Source of the DNA: a virus | Direction: 5' to 3' (one strand) | IMG/VR virus record: IMGVR_UViG_3300019487_000025 | Length of the DNA stretch: 64,000 bases | Part shown: positions 49,227 to 60,900 of the stretch, one piece after another | How the letters are laid out: each line of letters begins with the position of its first letter | How positions within the stretch are numbered: position 1 is the first letter of the stretch | The notes under the pieces: generated by a model | The model's database searches: none | Seen by the model: the letters and a program-made list of their open reading frames with translations, nothing else | Told to the model about the DNA's origin: nothing | Translations under genes and position numbers: made by a program

Positions 49227-50288
49227 ATGAACGTAGAAGCAATACAAGATGAAAAAAATTCAGTTGTTGACGTAATCAAAAAGAAAGATTACACACCTTC
49301 TTTTGAGATGGTGAAAGTCAACCATTACGGAAAGATGATTGATGTACCACAAATAGTTCTAAGCCCAAAAAACGTGGGAACAAAGTACATCCTTCAAGGA
49401 AGACCATTCAGTAAGTTTCTAACCTTCATTAAAGTTCGCAAGTCAAAACTAATGCCAAAAGTTAGGGCTGGCTTGAGAAAAGGTGAAACATTAGAAGCAC
49501 ACAACAAATACATCCAAAACAAATATCCAAAGTCACCAACAAAGAAATTCCAAATACTACATAATGCTGGAATAGTAAGTAGATTTACTTCCAACAAATA
49601 TATGTCAGTTGAACAGGAATTCATTCAGAAAACAATCGAAGATAGATTAACTGCCGAAGGAATTAAATTTGAAAAGAAAATCAGATTTGAAGGCATTAAT
49701 GGTGTCTATAAATTGCTAAATGCTGTGACTGCAGGTTCAGAAGTTGCAAAAACTGTAAGCTACATCAACAAGAATAACGGTGACAAGTCACTAAGATTCT
49801 ATGGTGGAGCAGTTGTTTTAGTATGTTCTAATGGAATGATTTCTAACAATTCGACGTCAGAAATCAAACTAAGGCATATGAAAACAAACGCAGAAATTGC
49901 AAGAGAAATCAACAAACACATTGGAGCAATTCTAGAAAAACTAGATGTCCTACCTGAGAAAGTCTTCAAACTCCGCGAAATCGAAGTAACAAAGAAACAA
50001 GCTAAGAAAAGAATCAACGCATTGCCAATTCCTCAATACATGCAAAAAGCAATCTGGAAGAGATTGTTTACCAAGTCAGATAAAACACTGAATGGTAAAA
50101 TGGATTGGGATGGAACACTTTATGGCATCTATATGGCATCCACCTATGTAGGAAGCAATATGGAAACCATTAAGAAAAGCAAAAACAGAACAGAAGAGAT
50201 TAATGAATCCCATGCAGAAATACTACAAAACTTCGAGTTAATCACAACTGATTATACAGGTAAAATACCTATTCCAGTGGCGATTTAG
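49227..50288 (+). CDS. DUF932/DUF945-like protein
   Basis: SLRFYGGAVVLVCSNGMI...LRHMK. Confidence 0.7.
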   Translation: MNVEAIQDEKNSVVDVIKKKDYTPSFEMVKVNHYGKMIDVPQIVLSPKNVGTKYILQGRPFSKFLTFIKVRKSKLMPKVRAGLRKGETLEAHNKYIQNKYPKSPTKKFQILHNAGIVSRFTSNKYMSVEQEFIQKTIEDRLTAEGIKFEKKIRFEGINGVYKLLNAVTAGSEVAKTVSYINKNNGDKSLRFYGGAVVLVCSNGMISNNSTSEIKLRHMKTNAEIAREINKHIGAILEKLDVLPEKVFKLREIEVTKKQAKKRINALPIPQYMQKAIWKRLFTKSDKTLNGKMDWDGTLYGIYMASTYVGSNMETIKKSKNRTEEINESHAEILQNFELITTDYTGKIPIPVAI

Positions 50289-50337
50289 CCACTTCTTTTT
50301 TATTTATGAATAAATACTAGTAAGTTATAACTATAAT

Positions 50338-51000
50338 GTGGCTCGCTTAATAGAATGGGAAAGTGTAAAGGAAAAATTACGATTAAATGACGATACTTTA
50401 AAGGAAGAAATGTATCTATATATTCAAGAAGTAGACGATCTTGTAAATAACAGACTTCGAAATAAGTTAGGAACAGTTGATTTTAATGGTATAGATATTA
50501 TACTTCCACTTACAGTTGATAGTGAACCTGCTATTGATGAGGAATTAAAAGCAATAGCAACAGATTTGGTTATAGGTAAATTTAGATTACAAACTTCTGA
50601 GAAACCATTAGTTTGGGATACTGCAATTAAAAACTTAGATAATTATTTGGATAGACGATTTGGATATACAAGAGATGTTCCATTTAGGCAAATTCCCATA
50701 TTAATACCAGATACATTAGTAGGACCACCAAGCACCGTTGTAACAATAGAAGGGCAAAGATGGAAACCAAATTCATTATTAAAAATTTTTGTTGACGGCA
50801 TACAAGTTATCACATTCCCCGTACCAACGATTGTAAACGTAAATGGACAATTTTCAGGTGTAACTTTTACAATACCTAGGACATCACCTATTAATGATGT
50901 AGTAGAAATAAATGTTACTGATGGAAAAAACGCCAAACAGGTTAGTTTTAGTGTTATTCCATTTGTTAAAAGCTTTACGATTGATGGTAGGTTGCTATGA
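50338..51000 (+). CDS. Head-tail adaptor-like protein with C-terminal Ig/IPT domain
   Basis: Helical N-terminus (VKEKLRL...IATDL); Ig-like C-terminus ending SFTIDGRLL. Confidence 0.6.
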   Translation: MARLIEWESVKEKLRLNDDTLKEEMYLYIQEVDDLVNNRLRNKLGTVDFNGIDIILPLTVDSEPAIDEELKAIATDLVIGKFRLQTSEKPLVWDTAIKNLDNYLDRRFGYTRDVPFRQIPILIPDTLVGPPSTVVTIEGQRWKPNSLLKIFVDGIQVITFPVPTIVNVNGQFSGVTFTIPRTSPINDVVEINVTDGKNAKQVSFSVIPFVKSFTIDGRLL

Positions 51001-51833
51001 GTTCGTCAGGTAATTTTCAAGTTGATACACTTACTCAGGATCAGATAGTTGATATACTAAAACAGGGAACATATCCATATAAAACATTAAGGTTTTTTAC
51101 ACAAAAACAAAAATTTCCAGATTATCCAAGTGTAGAAGTAAGAAGAGTTGGTTCACCATCTACAATATCAGATGTACAAAAAACAACCGTAGATACAACG
51201 TTTGAAGTTACATTATTATTAAAATATACGAGGGAAGAAGAATTTGAAGAAGCAGATAGATTAGTGACCGAGGATGAAATATTAAAATTATTAGAAGATG
51301 CAGATTTACCACCACCATTTAACCCTGTTTCTGCAATGATATTTTTTGAGAGTAAAAGCTGGAGTACATCAACAATCGATAGTGCAATTTATGGTAGTGA
51401 AAGTACGCTTCGTTTTGTTTTTAGGCAAATTTTATCCACAACAGGAACAGGAATAGTAGGTGCAAATAACCAATTTGAATTAGATAGTGATGGCGTAGGT
51501 TCTCCACTTTCGGGTCCACTTAAAATACAAGTTCTTTCTATAACCGATGTATCAGGTGTAACAGTTGATCAACATAGTATAGATACAGGGGAAATGCAAT
51601 ATGACCCAAGGGAATTAAGAGAAGGAGAATTAAGTATAACATATGAATCAAACGCCAATATAGATGCCTTAGTAGATCAATTACATACAGCAAGAGAAGA
51701 ATTTAAGGGTAAACTAGTAAGAAACGGCATATCAAAAAATGTGTTATTTTTAGCAGGAACAAGCACAAGAACAAGCCAATTTACTGAGATTGAAAGGGTA
51801 ACAACCCAGTTTTTCGTGGTGGGAACATGGTAG
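50997..51833 (+). CDS. Tail terminator/completion-like protein
   Basis: Gene order; YPSVEV...FEVTLLL...ESTLRF pattern. Confidence 0.45.
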   Translation: MSSSGNFQVDTLTQDQIVDILKQGTYPYKTLRFFTQKQKFPDYPSVEVRRVGSPSTISDVQKTTVDTTFEVTLLLKYTREEEFEEADRLVTEDEILKLLEDADLPPPFNPVSAMIFFESKSWSTSTIDSAIYGSESTLRFVFRQILSTTGTGIVGANNQFELDSDGVGSPLSGPLKIQVLSITDVSGVTVDQHSIDTGEMQYDPRELREGELSITYESNANIDALVDQLHTAREEFKGKLVRNGISKNVLFLAGTSTRTSQFTEIERVTTQFFVVGTW

Positions 51834-51873
51834 GAAAATATATGTTTTTAAACAATAAAGGTGAATGTAATCT

Positions 51874-52416
51874 ATGGTGTTAAACAACTTTAACTTGCAA
51901 GGGCTTAGAACTCGTGCATTTAAAGGATTTATTCAATTTCAAGATCCTTCAAATTCATCAAATTATCTAAGATTGAAAGAAAGACAAACTGCTTCAGTTA
52001 CATTTAATTGGGCTAGAGATCCGCATTATGATGATGCTGGTATAAAAGTTCTAGATCCAGCCGGACATGCACATACTTTTGAAATGACTTTGAAACTCAC
52101 CTCAGATTTAATAGACGATGAATATAATAAAGTAAATCCAGACGGAACAGCAGATAAGAAAACAGTCTCTTATTGGATGCTCAAAAATGAATTATATGAA
52201 CCAATTCAAATTATTTTTGTAACCACACTTGAAACACAAAGTGGTCCTACTGGTGATGTAGCAGAAAAATTCTTACATTTTAAATTTGTTTTAGATCCCA
52301 ATAAATTCGGTCCTGTTACTTTAGGAGCGACTGGTGGAACAGTTAGTATTCCTGTTTCTGGAGAAGTAATAAGTATATCCGAAGTAAGGAGAACCGCAAC
52401 AAGCGATGCACCTTGA
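51874..52416 (+). CDS. Putative tail tube or neck protein
   Basis: Gene order; beta-rich. Confidence 0.4.
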   Translation: MVLNNFNLQGLRTRAFKGFIQFQDPSNSSNYLRLKERQTASVTFNWARDPHYDDAGIKVLDPAGHAHTFEMTLKLTSDLIDDEYNKVNPDGTADKKTVSYWMLKNELYEPIQIIFVTTLETQSGPTGDVAEKFLHFKFVLDPNKFGPVTLGATGGTVSIPVSGEVISISEVRRTATSDAP

Positions 52417-52901
52417 TTCCCACAATAGAAGATGCACAGAAATATAGAACGAAAATATCACACTTAAAAGGCAACATAGATGATATTTCGCTAAAGAGAG
52501 CAGAATATTGGGTTAACGTGTTGATTGTAGATGAAATAACTAATAGAATGCGTATCGCTAATTTTTCACAAAAAATATGGATGAGTACAAAGGTTATAAC
52601 ATCTAGAATTGAGCAAGATAAAATAATAGTAACTATACAAAATTACTATTTTTCAGATTCTGGATTTGATGTGGCAATAGCTAGAGAATATGGAACAAAA
52701 GATCATTGGATTAGACCAAAATTTAAACAATTATTAAGTTGGATACATGAAGGCAAAAGATTATTTTCAAGAGGACACATAGTTAGTGGAATAAAATCAC
52801 TTCATATTATAAGAGACACAGTCAAAGAAAAAATGCCAGAAGTTCAAAGAAAATTAGCCGAAGACATCGAAACGTGGAGAAATCATATTTTTGCACAATA
52901 A
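52413..52901 (+). CDS. HK97 gp10-like neck protein
   Basis: AREYGTKDHWIRPKFKQLLSW...GHIVSGIK. Confidence 0.7.
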   Translation: MIPTIEDAQKYRTKISHLKGNIDDISLKRAEYWVNVLIVDEITNRMRIANFSQKIWMSTKVITSRIEQDKIIVTIQNYYFSDSGFDVAIAREYGTKDHWIRPKFKQLLSWIHEGKRLFSRGHIVSGIKSLHIIRDTVKEKMPEVQRKLAEDIETWRNHIFAQ

Positions 52902-52903
52902 AA

Positions 52904-53014
52904 TTGTATAAATGGTTAATTAGAACCAAATTTCCAAAAGAATTTCAAACTTTATGTTGGAATTGTAATATTGCTAAAGGATTTTTTGGCGGGTGCCCAC
53001 ACAAAAAAAGCTAA
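52904..53014 (+). pseudogene. C-terminal fragment of an HNH-type endonuclease
   Basis: Manual translation LYKWLIRTKFPKEFQTLCWNCNIAKGFFGGCPHKKS. Confidence 0.6.
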
Positions 53015-53040
53015 TATAAGCTAGCTAGTTTATATTAATC

Positions 53041-53328
53041 ATGAAGAGTCTTAATGAAGAATATGAGTTAAAACGTGTTATATATGAAAGCCAAAAAAAG
53101 TATAGAAAAACTCCAGAAGGTAAAGAAGCACTAGCGAAAGCAAACAAAAAATACAAGGTAAAACAAAGAATACAACAACTTTATGATATTAGTAAAACAA
53201 AATCACCAACTTGCCACGGATGCGGTGAAACATATTTAGGATTTTTAACTGTTTTTGATAATGATATTACATGTTATAATTGTAAGTTTGGGATAAACGA
53301 ACAAGAGATTGAGGAGGTATGCCAGTAG
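53041..53328 (+). CDS. Degenerate HNH-related zinc protein
   Basis: Basic helix then CHGCGETYLGFLT...CYNC; catalytic His not seen. Confidence 0.5.
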   Translation: MKSLNEEYELKRVIYESQKKYRKTPEGKEALAKANKKYKVKQRIQQLYDISKTKSPTCHGCGETYLGFLTVFDNDITCYNCKFGINEQEIEEVCQ

Positions 53329-54245
53329 AGAAGGACATAAATTTAGACAAACCACTTTCGGAAGCAGACATTAGACAAATGGAAGCAGAGGCTGATAGAT
53401 TAGAGCAATTAGCCAAAGACGCACATGAAGATGCTCAAAAAGCAAATGATCTATTATCTAATGAAGATAAATTGTTAGCAGATGCAGTTAAGAAAATAGA
53501 GCAAATAGAAAAAGAAGCAGAAAAAGCGGAAAAGGCGAGAACAAAAATAGGTAAAACAATTACAGAAGTAAATATGCTAGCAGAACATAGATCTGCTTTA
53601 GCTAATTTTGGTGGAGCAGAAGAATTTACAGAATCAGAATCAAGAGGATTTGAAGGAATGGGTGGAAGAGATCCGTTTACTGGTAGATTAAAAACTGGAA
53701 GAACAGCATTTGGAACAGGACAAGAAAGATCACCAATGGGATCGATTATAAGACTTCAAGCAGAACTGGAAGAAACTAAAAAATTATTGGAACAACAAAA
53801 GAAACAACAAAAAGCAGTAGAAAATGAACTTAGAGAAAAACTAGCAGAACAAAAAGCAATATTAAGTAAAGTACAAAACGATTTCAGTCAGGCATTTCAA
53901 ATTAATGCTGATCCTGTTGGGTTCGGTATAGGAAAATTAAAAGGACTTGTAGTTAAAGGTGGAATATATGGATTAATAGCACTAGCAGTTATTGAAATGT
54001 CAGAACAAATTTTTCAAGAAGTTGTTAAACTATATGGATCTGGTGGACCTTATGATATAAGAAAAGCAGTAACTGATCAAACTAAAGAAATAACAGAATT
54101 AGAGCACTTATTAGATAGGAGAGCAGGAAGAGTATTTTTCACTTCAGATGTTGAATTGCAATCAGGACCGCCAGAATCTTCAAACACTACGAGATTAGGT
54201 CACAGAGTTATTCAATATCAAGCTTGGAATGTTGGTGGTGCATAG
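53319..54245 (+). CDS. Coiled-coil tail protein (short tape-measure-like)
   Basis: Long helical heptads and a hydrophobic segment; precedes tail-tip genes. Confidence 0.45.
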   Translation: MPVEKDINLDKPLSEADIRQMEAEADRLEQLAKDAHEDAQKANDLLSNEDKLLADAVKKIEQIEKEAEKAEKARTKIGKTITEVNMLAEHRSALANFGGAEEFTESESRGFEGMGGRDPFTGRLKTGRTAFGTGQERSPMGSIIRLQAELEETKKLLEQQKKQQKAVENELREKLAEQKAILSKVQNDFSQAFQINADPVGFGIGKLKGLVVKGGIYGLIALAVIEMSEQIFQEVVKLYGSGGPYDIRKAVTDQTKEITELEHLLDRRAGRVFFTSDVELQSGPPESSNTTRLGHRVIQYQAWNVGGA

Positions 54246-54736
54246 TGGCAGACGCATTACTTTTTTATAGACTTGAAGCAAGTAAACAATCTGTAACTCC
54301 AAATCCAAATAATTTACCAATTTCACAAAAATTACAATTTACTTTGCCAGAGGAATTACTGGAATCTGTTTCTCTTATCCATGAAAATAACATAAAAGAT
54401 TCACCAGTATCTAATGCATCTGGAGCAAGAAAAGTAGCCAAACAAGACAATGGATTGCAAGGACTTACACTGACTTTTAGAGGACGTTTTAGAGATGCTA
54501 GTACAGACATTACAAAGATACAATCTTTTGCAAAACGACTGCAAGTTGAAGGACAATTTCATCAATATGGAATATTTGGGTTTAAAGCATCTAATACAGT
54601 TTCAACGCCGTTTAATTTCGATCCTACAGATCAATTTGGATTCACCATAAAAAGACTGTTAATTTCAAGAGTAGGAGGTAAACCCAAGAACTTTGATTTT
54701 GAGCTAATCTTAACTTCTGGTGGTACATTACAATGA
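54245..54736 (+). CDS. Distal tail-like protein
   Basis: GTG start overlapping previous stop; gene order. Confidence 0.45.
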   Translation: MADALLFYRLEASKQSVTPNPNNLPISQKLQFTLPEELLESVSLIHENNIKDSPVSNASGARKVAKQDNGLQGLTLTFRGRFRDASTDITKIQSFAKRLQVEGQFHQYGIFGFKASNTVSTPFNFDPTDQFGFTIKRLLISRVGGKPKNFDFELILTSGGTLQ

Positions 54737-57700
54737 GTTTTATTAATCCCAATGCTTTTTATCAAGAAGAGTTAATTTTATTAGATAAAAATTTAGAAGC
54801 ACCAACACCAATTACAGAAGGACAAGTAATAAATGGTGATTTGCAACCATTTAGAGCTAGGTTAGAACTAGTTAATACAGGTAATGAATTACAAAATAAT
54901 GGAGTTATTACGTTGAGAATACCACCTGACGGAACATTTGTAAGAAAAGAGCCAATATTAATAGATGAAAGTGCAAAAGACGATTATATTATTCAAGCAA
55001 GAATAAAGCAAGACAGAGATAAAGATGGCGTATATGAAACAGAAGGAAGATTATTTAGATTTTTTATAGGGCAACCATCACTGATAGACAATGCACTTAC
55101 TGGCGAAACATTAAAAATAACATTAATTTCTGTTGAATATCATACGAGAGAAACACTTGATTCAGAAAGAATAACATTTCCATTTAAAACACCAAAGGAA
55201 GCATTTTTTAGAAGAGTATCCGCATACAACACAATAAAAGGCAACCAAAACACTCAATTAATATTTACATCTAGTGATATAAAACTACCAAATGCAGAAT
55301 CACTAAGACAAGACTGGAGACCATTAGCACCAACACCAACACATGATTTGCTTAGAGAAATAGTAAAAAGACAGTCTTTATCGGGTATTGAAGGAGGTGT
55401 TTTTCGAGACTTCTTTTTTGATTATGAACCATTTGCACTTTCAACTAAAGCGGTATCACTAAAAGCAGAAGAGGAAGGAACTACCAATAGAGGTGTAATA
55501 TTAGATCCACTTACTTTTAATTTTGTTTCTGATACTGAGAAAGATAAAACCATCAACGTTGATCTGATTAAATTTAAAAATAACATTATAATGGAAGGTA
55601 ATCCACTAGGAGGAACTTTGCCAATGGAAAATGCACGGTTTTCTTCTATATATGAACATGCAAAAATAAGACCTGATTGGGATTCAACTACGCAATATTT
55701 TAATGGGTCTAATAATACAGATCAAAGTGAGATAAAAGTTTTTGATCAAGTTTTAAGTCAACCAAGATTTTTCAAAGCATTACAAACAACTGGAAATATA
55801 AACATTAATCCATTAGATCATCCAAGCAGAGCACTTTTTTGGGAAGAAGATTTTGTAACAATTCCAGATTATAACAAGTATGCTAGTTATAACGAAGATG
55901 ATATAATAGTTTATGATGGTGGTTCTGGAACAGTAAGGTTTTATAGAGCACTTCAAGATGTTCCAAACAATCCCACTAATTTATCAACATACATACCACA
56001 AGTCGGCGGAACACCATATTGGCAAGACACAGGCAGATCGTTTCCAGCCGGATTGGAACATCCATTAAAAGATCCTAGTGTACCGACAGGTTTGGCAAGA
56101 GCAGGAAGAACACAATTTTTTAGTTATACACCATGGACTGAAGATTTTGAAGCTATGAGAGTTGCAACACTATTTGGAATTGGTGATTCACAACAAGAAG
56201 ATAACTTCGAAGAAGCTGGATATCAAGGAGTAGTGCCTGACTGGAATTTTGTACGATCAAATTTTGATAGAGTTGATGCTCTTAATCAATATGAACAAGT
56301 TGTGGGAAAAGACGTAATAAAAACATTATCTAACGCACCACCAGAAGGAGAAAGATATTTAGGAGCAAGGTATTTAGTGTCAGCAAGTCCAACAGGATTA
56401 TTTACTGGACAAGCAAATAGAATAGCCGAATATATAGGTCCTGATTTTGGTCTTTCTGCAAATACTGTAGATGAGTGGGCATTTAGTAAGTTTCCAGAAC
56501 ATGGTGAAGTAATTTGTCATCAAGCAAGGGGTGTTATGCTAGTATGGAGAAATACAACTGCTCAATGGGAAGATTTTTCAAATATTTTAGACGTAACACC
56601 GGGAAATGTTGATGATACAATATGGAAAAAAATAATAGATGGAACAATAGCATCAACATTCTTTTTTATAATAACAGCATTAGGACCTATTGCTGGTACA
56701 GCGGTTTCATTTTTATTTGATACGGCGACATTTGCCAGTGCAACAAAACAATCACCATTACATATTTGTAAAGATATAAAATTAGTGGAAGGTGCAAGTG
56801 GAATTCCGGGTCAGGCATTTGAATTAAGATTTGATTGGAATCCATTTAAATCTAATTTTCATTTTAATGGTGAATCAGGTGGTGATAAGAAAAACTATAA
56901 TAGTATAGGTGCATGGTGGTATATGTCATTTCCGTATCCAAAAATACCTACGTTTGGGAGAAATGTCGGTGATACATATCAAAATCCAGTAATAGATTCT
57001 AATAATCTAACATTAAATCACAAAGGAGAATATGGTTGGAATAACGGTTTAGATAGTGAAGATTTAGGAAGAATACAAAAAGTTCATTTTAAAGCAAGAT
57101 TATCATTATATGGTTCAGTGTTTGGACAGTTGGCTTTAGGCTATGCTGATATGCCAATGATTTTTTGGGCAGTTGATATATTTGATAGAATTTGGTATGC
57201 TCAATTTAAGTTAAGAAGAAATGGTCAATATTCATATCAATCATTATCATTTGGTGAAAATTCAATGCAGTTAATTCACCACGGACGATATGATGAATAC
57301 CTTAAGTTGTTTGGCATAGTTTTAGAAACAGATTGGCTAATAAAAGAAAAAGAATTTAGTGGAATTGAGTTTGACTGGAGATTTGTAAAAGGAATGGGAA
57401 TGTTTTATGAAGCTGGTTATAATAATGAAGGATTATATGTAGCAAATCAATTTCCAGACTATGTAAAAAATATATCAGAACAAGTAGCAGGTCAAACATT
57501 TCCGTTTATTGTTTCAACTGCATTACCGGGTGAAGCATATCAACCAAAAGATTTATTGGTTAACAATGCCAGATTAGCAATAGATGAACTTCATTTTGAA
57601 AAACAATCATTTGTAAATTCAGATGATCAGTCACTCAGAGTCCTAGGAGCTAATTCAAGAACTAAATTGGATCACGATGCTTCTGAAGTTGATTACTTGA

Positions 57701-57933
57701 ATTTGAAAATAAAAGCACAAGCTTCAAGAGAAAGAAAGAAATTTGTTGAGCAGGCTTGGTTTATGCAATGTCACGGAGATGTAAGATTAAGATTTGGAGA
57801 AGAATTTATAGCACAAGGAGATAGAGTTCCCGGCGGTTCGCAAGAATTAATATGTGCAGAAGTTAAACATATTATAGATAATGATGGTTATATGATGCAA
57901 ATTACAGGCAAACGAAAGTTTGTTTTTGAATAA
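54733..57933 (+). CDS. Tail tip/baseplate hub-like protein
   Basis: 1066 aa; C-terminal GDVRLRFGEEF...EVKHIIDNDGYMMQITG typical of hub OB region. Confidence 0.6.
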   Translation: MSFINPNAFYQEELILLDKNLEAPTPITEGQVINGDLQPFRARLELVNTGNELQNNGVITLRIPPDGTFVRKEPILIDESAKDDYIIQARIKQDRDKDGVYETEGRLFRFFIGQPSLIDNALTGETLKITLISVEYHTRETLDSERITFPFKTPKEAFFRRVSAYNTIKGNQNTQLIFTSSDIKLPNAESLRQDWRPLAPTPTHDLLREIVKRQSLSGIEGGVFRDFFFDYEPFALSTKAVSLKAEEEGTTNRGVILDPLTFNFVSDTEKDKTINVDLIKFKNNIIMEGNPLGGTLPMENARFSSIYEHAKIRPDWDSTTQYFNGSNNTDQSEIKVFDQVLSQPRFFKALQTTGNININPLDHPSRALFWEEDFVTIPDYNKYASYNEDDIIVYDGGSGTVRFYRALQDVPNNPTNLSTYIPQVGGTPYWQDTGRSFPAGLEHPLKDPSVPTGLARAGRTQFFSYTPWTEDFEAMRVATLFGIGDSQQEDNFEEAGYQGVVPDWNFVRSNFDRVDALNQYEQVVGKDVIKTLSNAPPEGERYLGARYLVSASPTGLFTGQANRIAEYIGPDFGLSANTVDEWAFSKFPEHGEVICHQARGVMLVWRNTTAQWEDFSNILDVTPGNVDDTIWKKIIDGTIASTFFFIITALGPIAGTAVSFLFDTATFASATKQSPLHICKDIKLVEGASGIPGQAFELRFDWNPFKSNFHFNGESGGDKKNYNSIGAWWYMSFPYPKIPTFGRNVGDTYQNPVIDSNNLTLNHKGEYGWNNGLDSEDLGRIQKVHFKARLSLYGSVFGQLALGYADMPMIFWAVDIFDRIWYAQFKLRRNGQYSYQSLSFGENSMQLIHHGRYDEYLKLFGIVLETDWLIKEKEFSGIEFDWRFVKGMGMFYEAGYNNEGLYVANQFPDYVKNISEQVAGQTFPFIVSTALPGEAYQPKDLLVNNARLAIDELHFEKQSFVNSDDQSLRVLGANSRTKLDHDASEVDYLNLKIKAQASRERKKFVEQAWFMQCHGDVRLRFGEEFIAQGDRVPGGSQELICAEVKHIIDNDGYMMQITGKRKFVFE

Positions 57934-57944
57934 GGTGAAACGAA

Positions 57945-60900
57945 ATGAGTTATGAACCAGACACAATGGATCGAGCAATAAGAGAAGTAAGGGAAGAATT
58001 AAACAAAATAAGAGAGCAACAATTTTTTAAGGCATTTTCAACAGGTTCAGGTGGTTCTGGTGTATCTAAATCAGGTAGCAGTATAGGTGGTTCATTGCCA
58101 GCAACAGGTATAGCTTCATTTACACCAAACGCAATTAGACTAACTAAAGATACTGGCGTAATAGACAAATTGGATTATAAAAATCTAGTTTTAAATATGG
58201 ATTTTACTATAGGAGAAACAATAACTGGTGGGACATCTGGTGCAACCGCTGTTATTGGAGATATAGATATATTGACTTCAACTACTGGTGTTCTAATACT
58301 TGTTCCTAATTCTATTTCTGGAGTTTTTGTGGATAGTGAAAACTTAACTGGAGACATAAATGGAGATGCAGATGTTGATGGAACACTTTACACACAAACT
58401 GGTAGAGGTCACCTAAATGCTGGTTCTGCTTCAATTATAGTAATAGGTGTTGATTTACCATATGAAATTCATTTTATAGATAATGCAAAACAAAACGGAC
58501 AAATAGTATTATTAAGAGCACAAGACACTCAAACAATAAAAGTTAGAAGAGCAGTAACAAACGATAGAAACACAGGAAACATAGATTTGGATTCTTCGTT
58601 TAATATAGTAGAAAATGCAATAGTAATTCTTCAATATCAAGGAGCAAGTAATGTAACACCTGATGGTGGTTGGGTTCCAGTTTTATCTAGTGTTACTACA
58701 ACCACTGGTACTGGTACTGGCATAGATTTTCCAATACTTTATCCTAAAGAAGATTTAGGAGATCAATCATTTGTAACTGTAAGTCTATTATTGAATCAAT
58801 CAAATGGTCACTACAAAAGAATAAGAATGACTGGAGACATATCATTGGCATTTAACAGTCCACCACCTTCAACGAATGGATTTAAATTTTATGTATTATT
58901 AGTTCAGGATGGAACTGGAGGATGGGATTTAACATCATTACCAACTTCTGTTAAAAATGGTTCTTCTATATTAACACAAATAGATTCAACTGCAAATTCA
59001 CAAACTTTAATACAATTTGTAACTGCTGATGGAGGAATAACATATCACGCACAAATAATACAACCATCTGGTTCTGCAATAGATAATCCTTGGACTACTA
59101 ATCATGATGCAAATACATATGATTTATTTAATTTGGATAAACTATTATTTGCACCAGCGGGTGGATTTAGTTTCCCTACAGATAATACATTAAAAGGATT
59201 TTCAACGTCAGGTACGGGCATAGAAGCAAATGTTTCACCATCACAACAATATAGATGGTATATCGGTGGTTTCGAACATATGACATTAGATACTTTTGAT
59301 TTGTTTATGCATAATTTTAATATAAGAGATTTGAAATTATTAGCTTTTAGCAATAACGGTTCGTTCAGTGCTCAGATAGCAAGCATTCCATCTAGTGCTC
59401 AATTAAACTATTCTGTAGTTGGTGCAGGTGCGAATCATGGATTTTATGTAGATAATGGAGTAAATGCAAACATGGAAATGAGATTGAATGTTAATAAATC
59501 AAATGTTAATTTAGACATGGTTACAAATGATATATTAAATATAGATCAAGCACAATTTGATCAGTTTGGTGGATTTGTTCCTTCAATCAATCACGGTGAA
59601 AGAAGAATTACTGGTGGTAATGCTGGAATAAATATAAACATACCACAACCACCAGAACCAATTCTTAGATCACTAAGAATCTGGATAGAGAATGCAACAC
59701 AAACAAATAGTAATGTAGAGTATGAATTTAATAAGGATAAAGCATTGTGGAATAATAATATAATTCAAGATTTAGGTGGAATAATATTCACTCCGTTTTC
59801 GGGATTTTCTGCTTCTATATCTCCCCTTTTTAATTTTATTGAATATAATACAGGAGTTTCTACGATGGCACATAGATTTAATGTTGCTGGTATACAAGTA
59901 TTAGAAATAAATGGAACGGAAACTGGTACAAATCAAGGTAAAATCAAATTGTTCCATGATCTTAATCTTCAAACACAAGATATAACTAATGTTGATAGAT
60001 TACATTTCAATTCAAATAACGGATTGGTTGGAGGAAACCAATTTGCAATCGCTGGTGATTTTCCACTTGGAAGAGGATTTCAATTTAATGCCCCATTAAG
60101 CAAACAATTTAGATTCAGTGAGAATGATATACCAATAATGCAATTAACAAACGGACTTCTTGAAATGAAGACAACTGTTTTTGAACCTAATCCAACAATT
60201 AGTACGCATCAATTATTTTTATCTACACATACGGCAGGAATAACTGGAATGGGTGATGGAGTGATTAGATTAGTAAATAATGGAGGTTCATTTGATGTAA
60301 TGGTGGGAACTGGTGGGTTTATAAGAAATTTGACAAATCCGGGTACAACATCATTTGTAGGATTTACAGCAGATGATGATCTAAACATGGGTACTTTCAA
60401 TATCTTTAATGTAGATGTGATAAGATATGCAATAGACAGTGGGGTAATAGGATTTGGAGAATATGGCTCAGCTGTTGATTCAACTAATACAAAATTAAAA
60501 TGGAGTGTTCCAATAAATAAATTCTACGAATTTGAAGTTAATCTAGATCCAGTTGCATCTATAAGCACCGCTGGAATACAAGCTTTATCAAATACATTAA
60601 TTCCAAATCCATCGGTAAGGGCTAGGGAACTTGCATTATCTGGAGCACATACTGGAGGAGTCAGTGGAATGGCTAACGGTGCATTTAGATTAGTAGGAAC
60701 AGATGTTATAGTTAGAACAGGAAGTAACAATCTTAATTTATCATCACTTGTTGCTAGTTCTGGAGCTACAAGACAATTAGATAATCTTTTAGTTACTTCA
60801 ATTAATGCCGATTTACTTCCTCAAACTAACCTTTCGATTGGAAGTTCACTTTCAGTATGGGATGATGTATTTGCCAAATTAACAGATTATGCTTCAGTAG

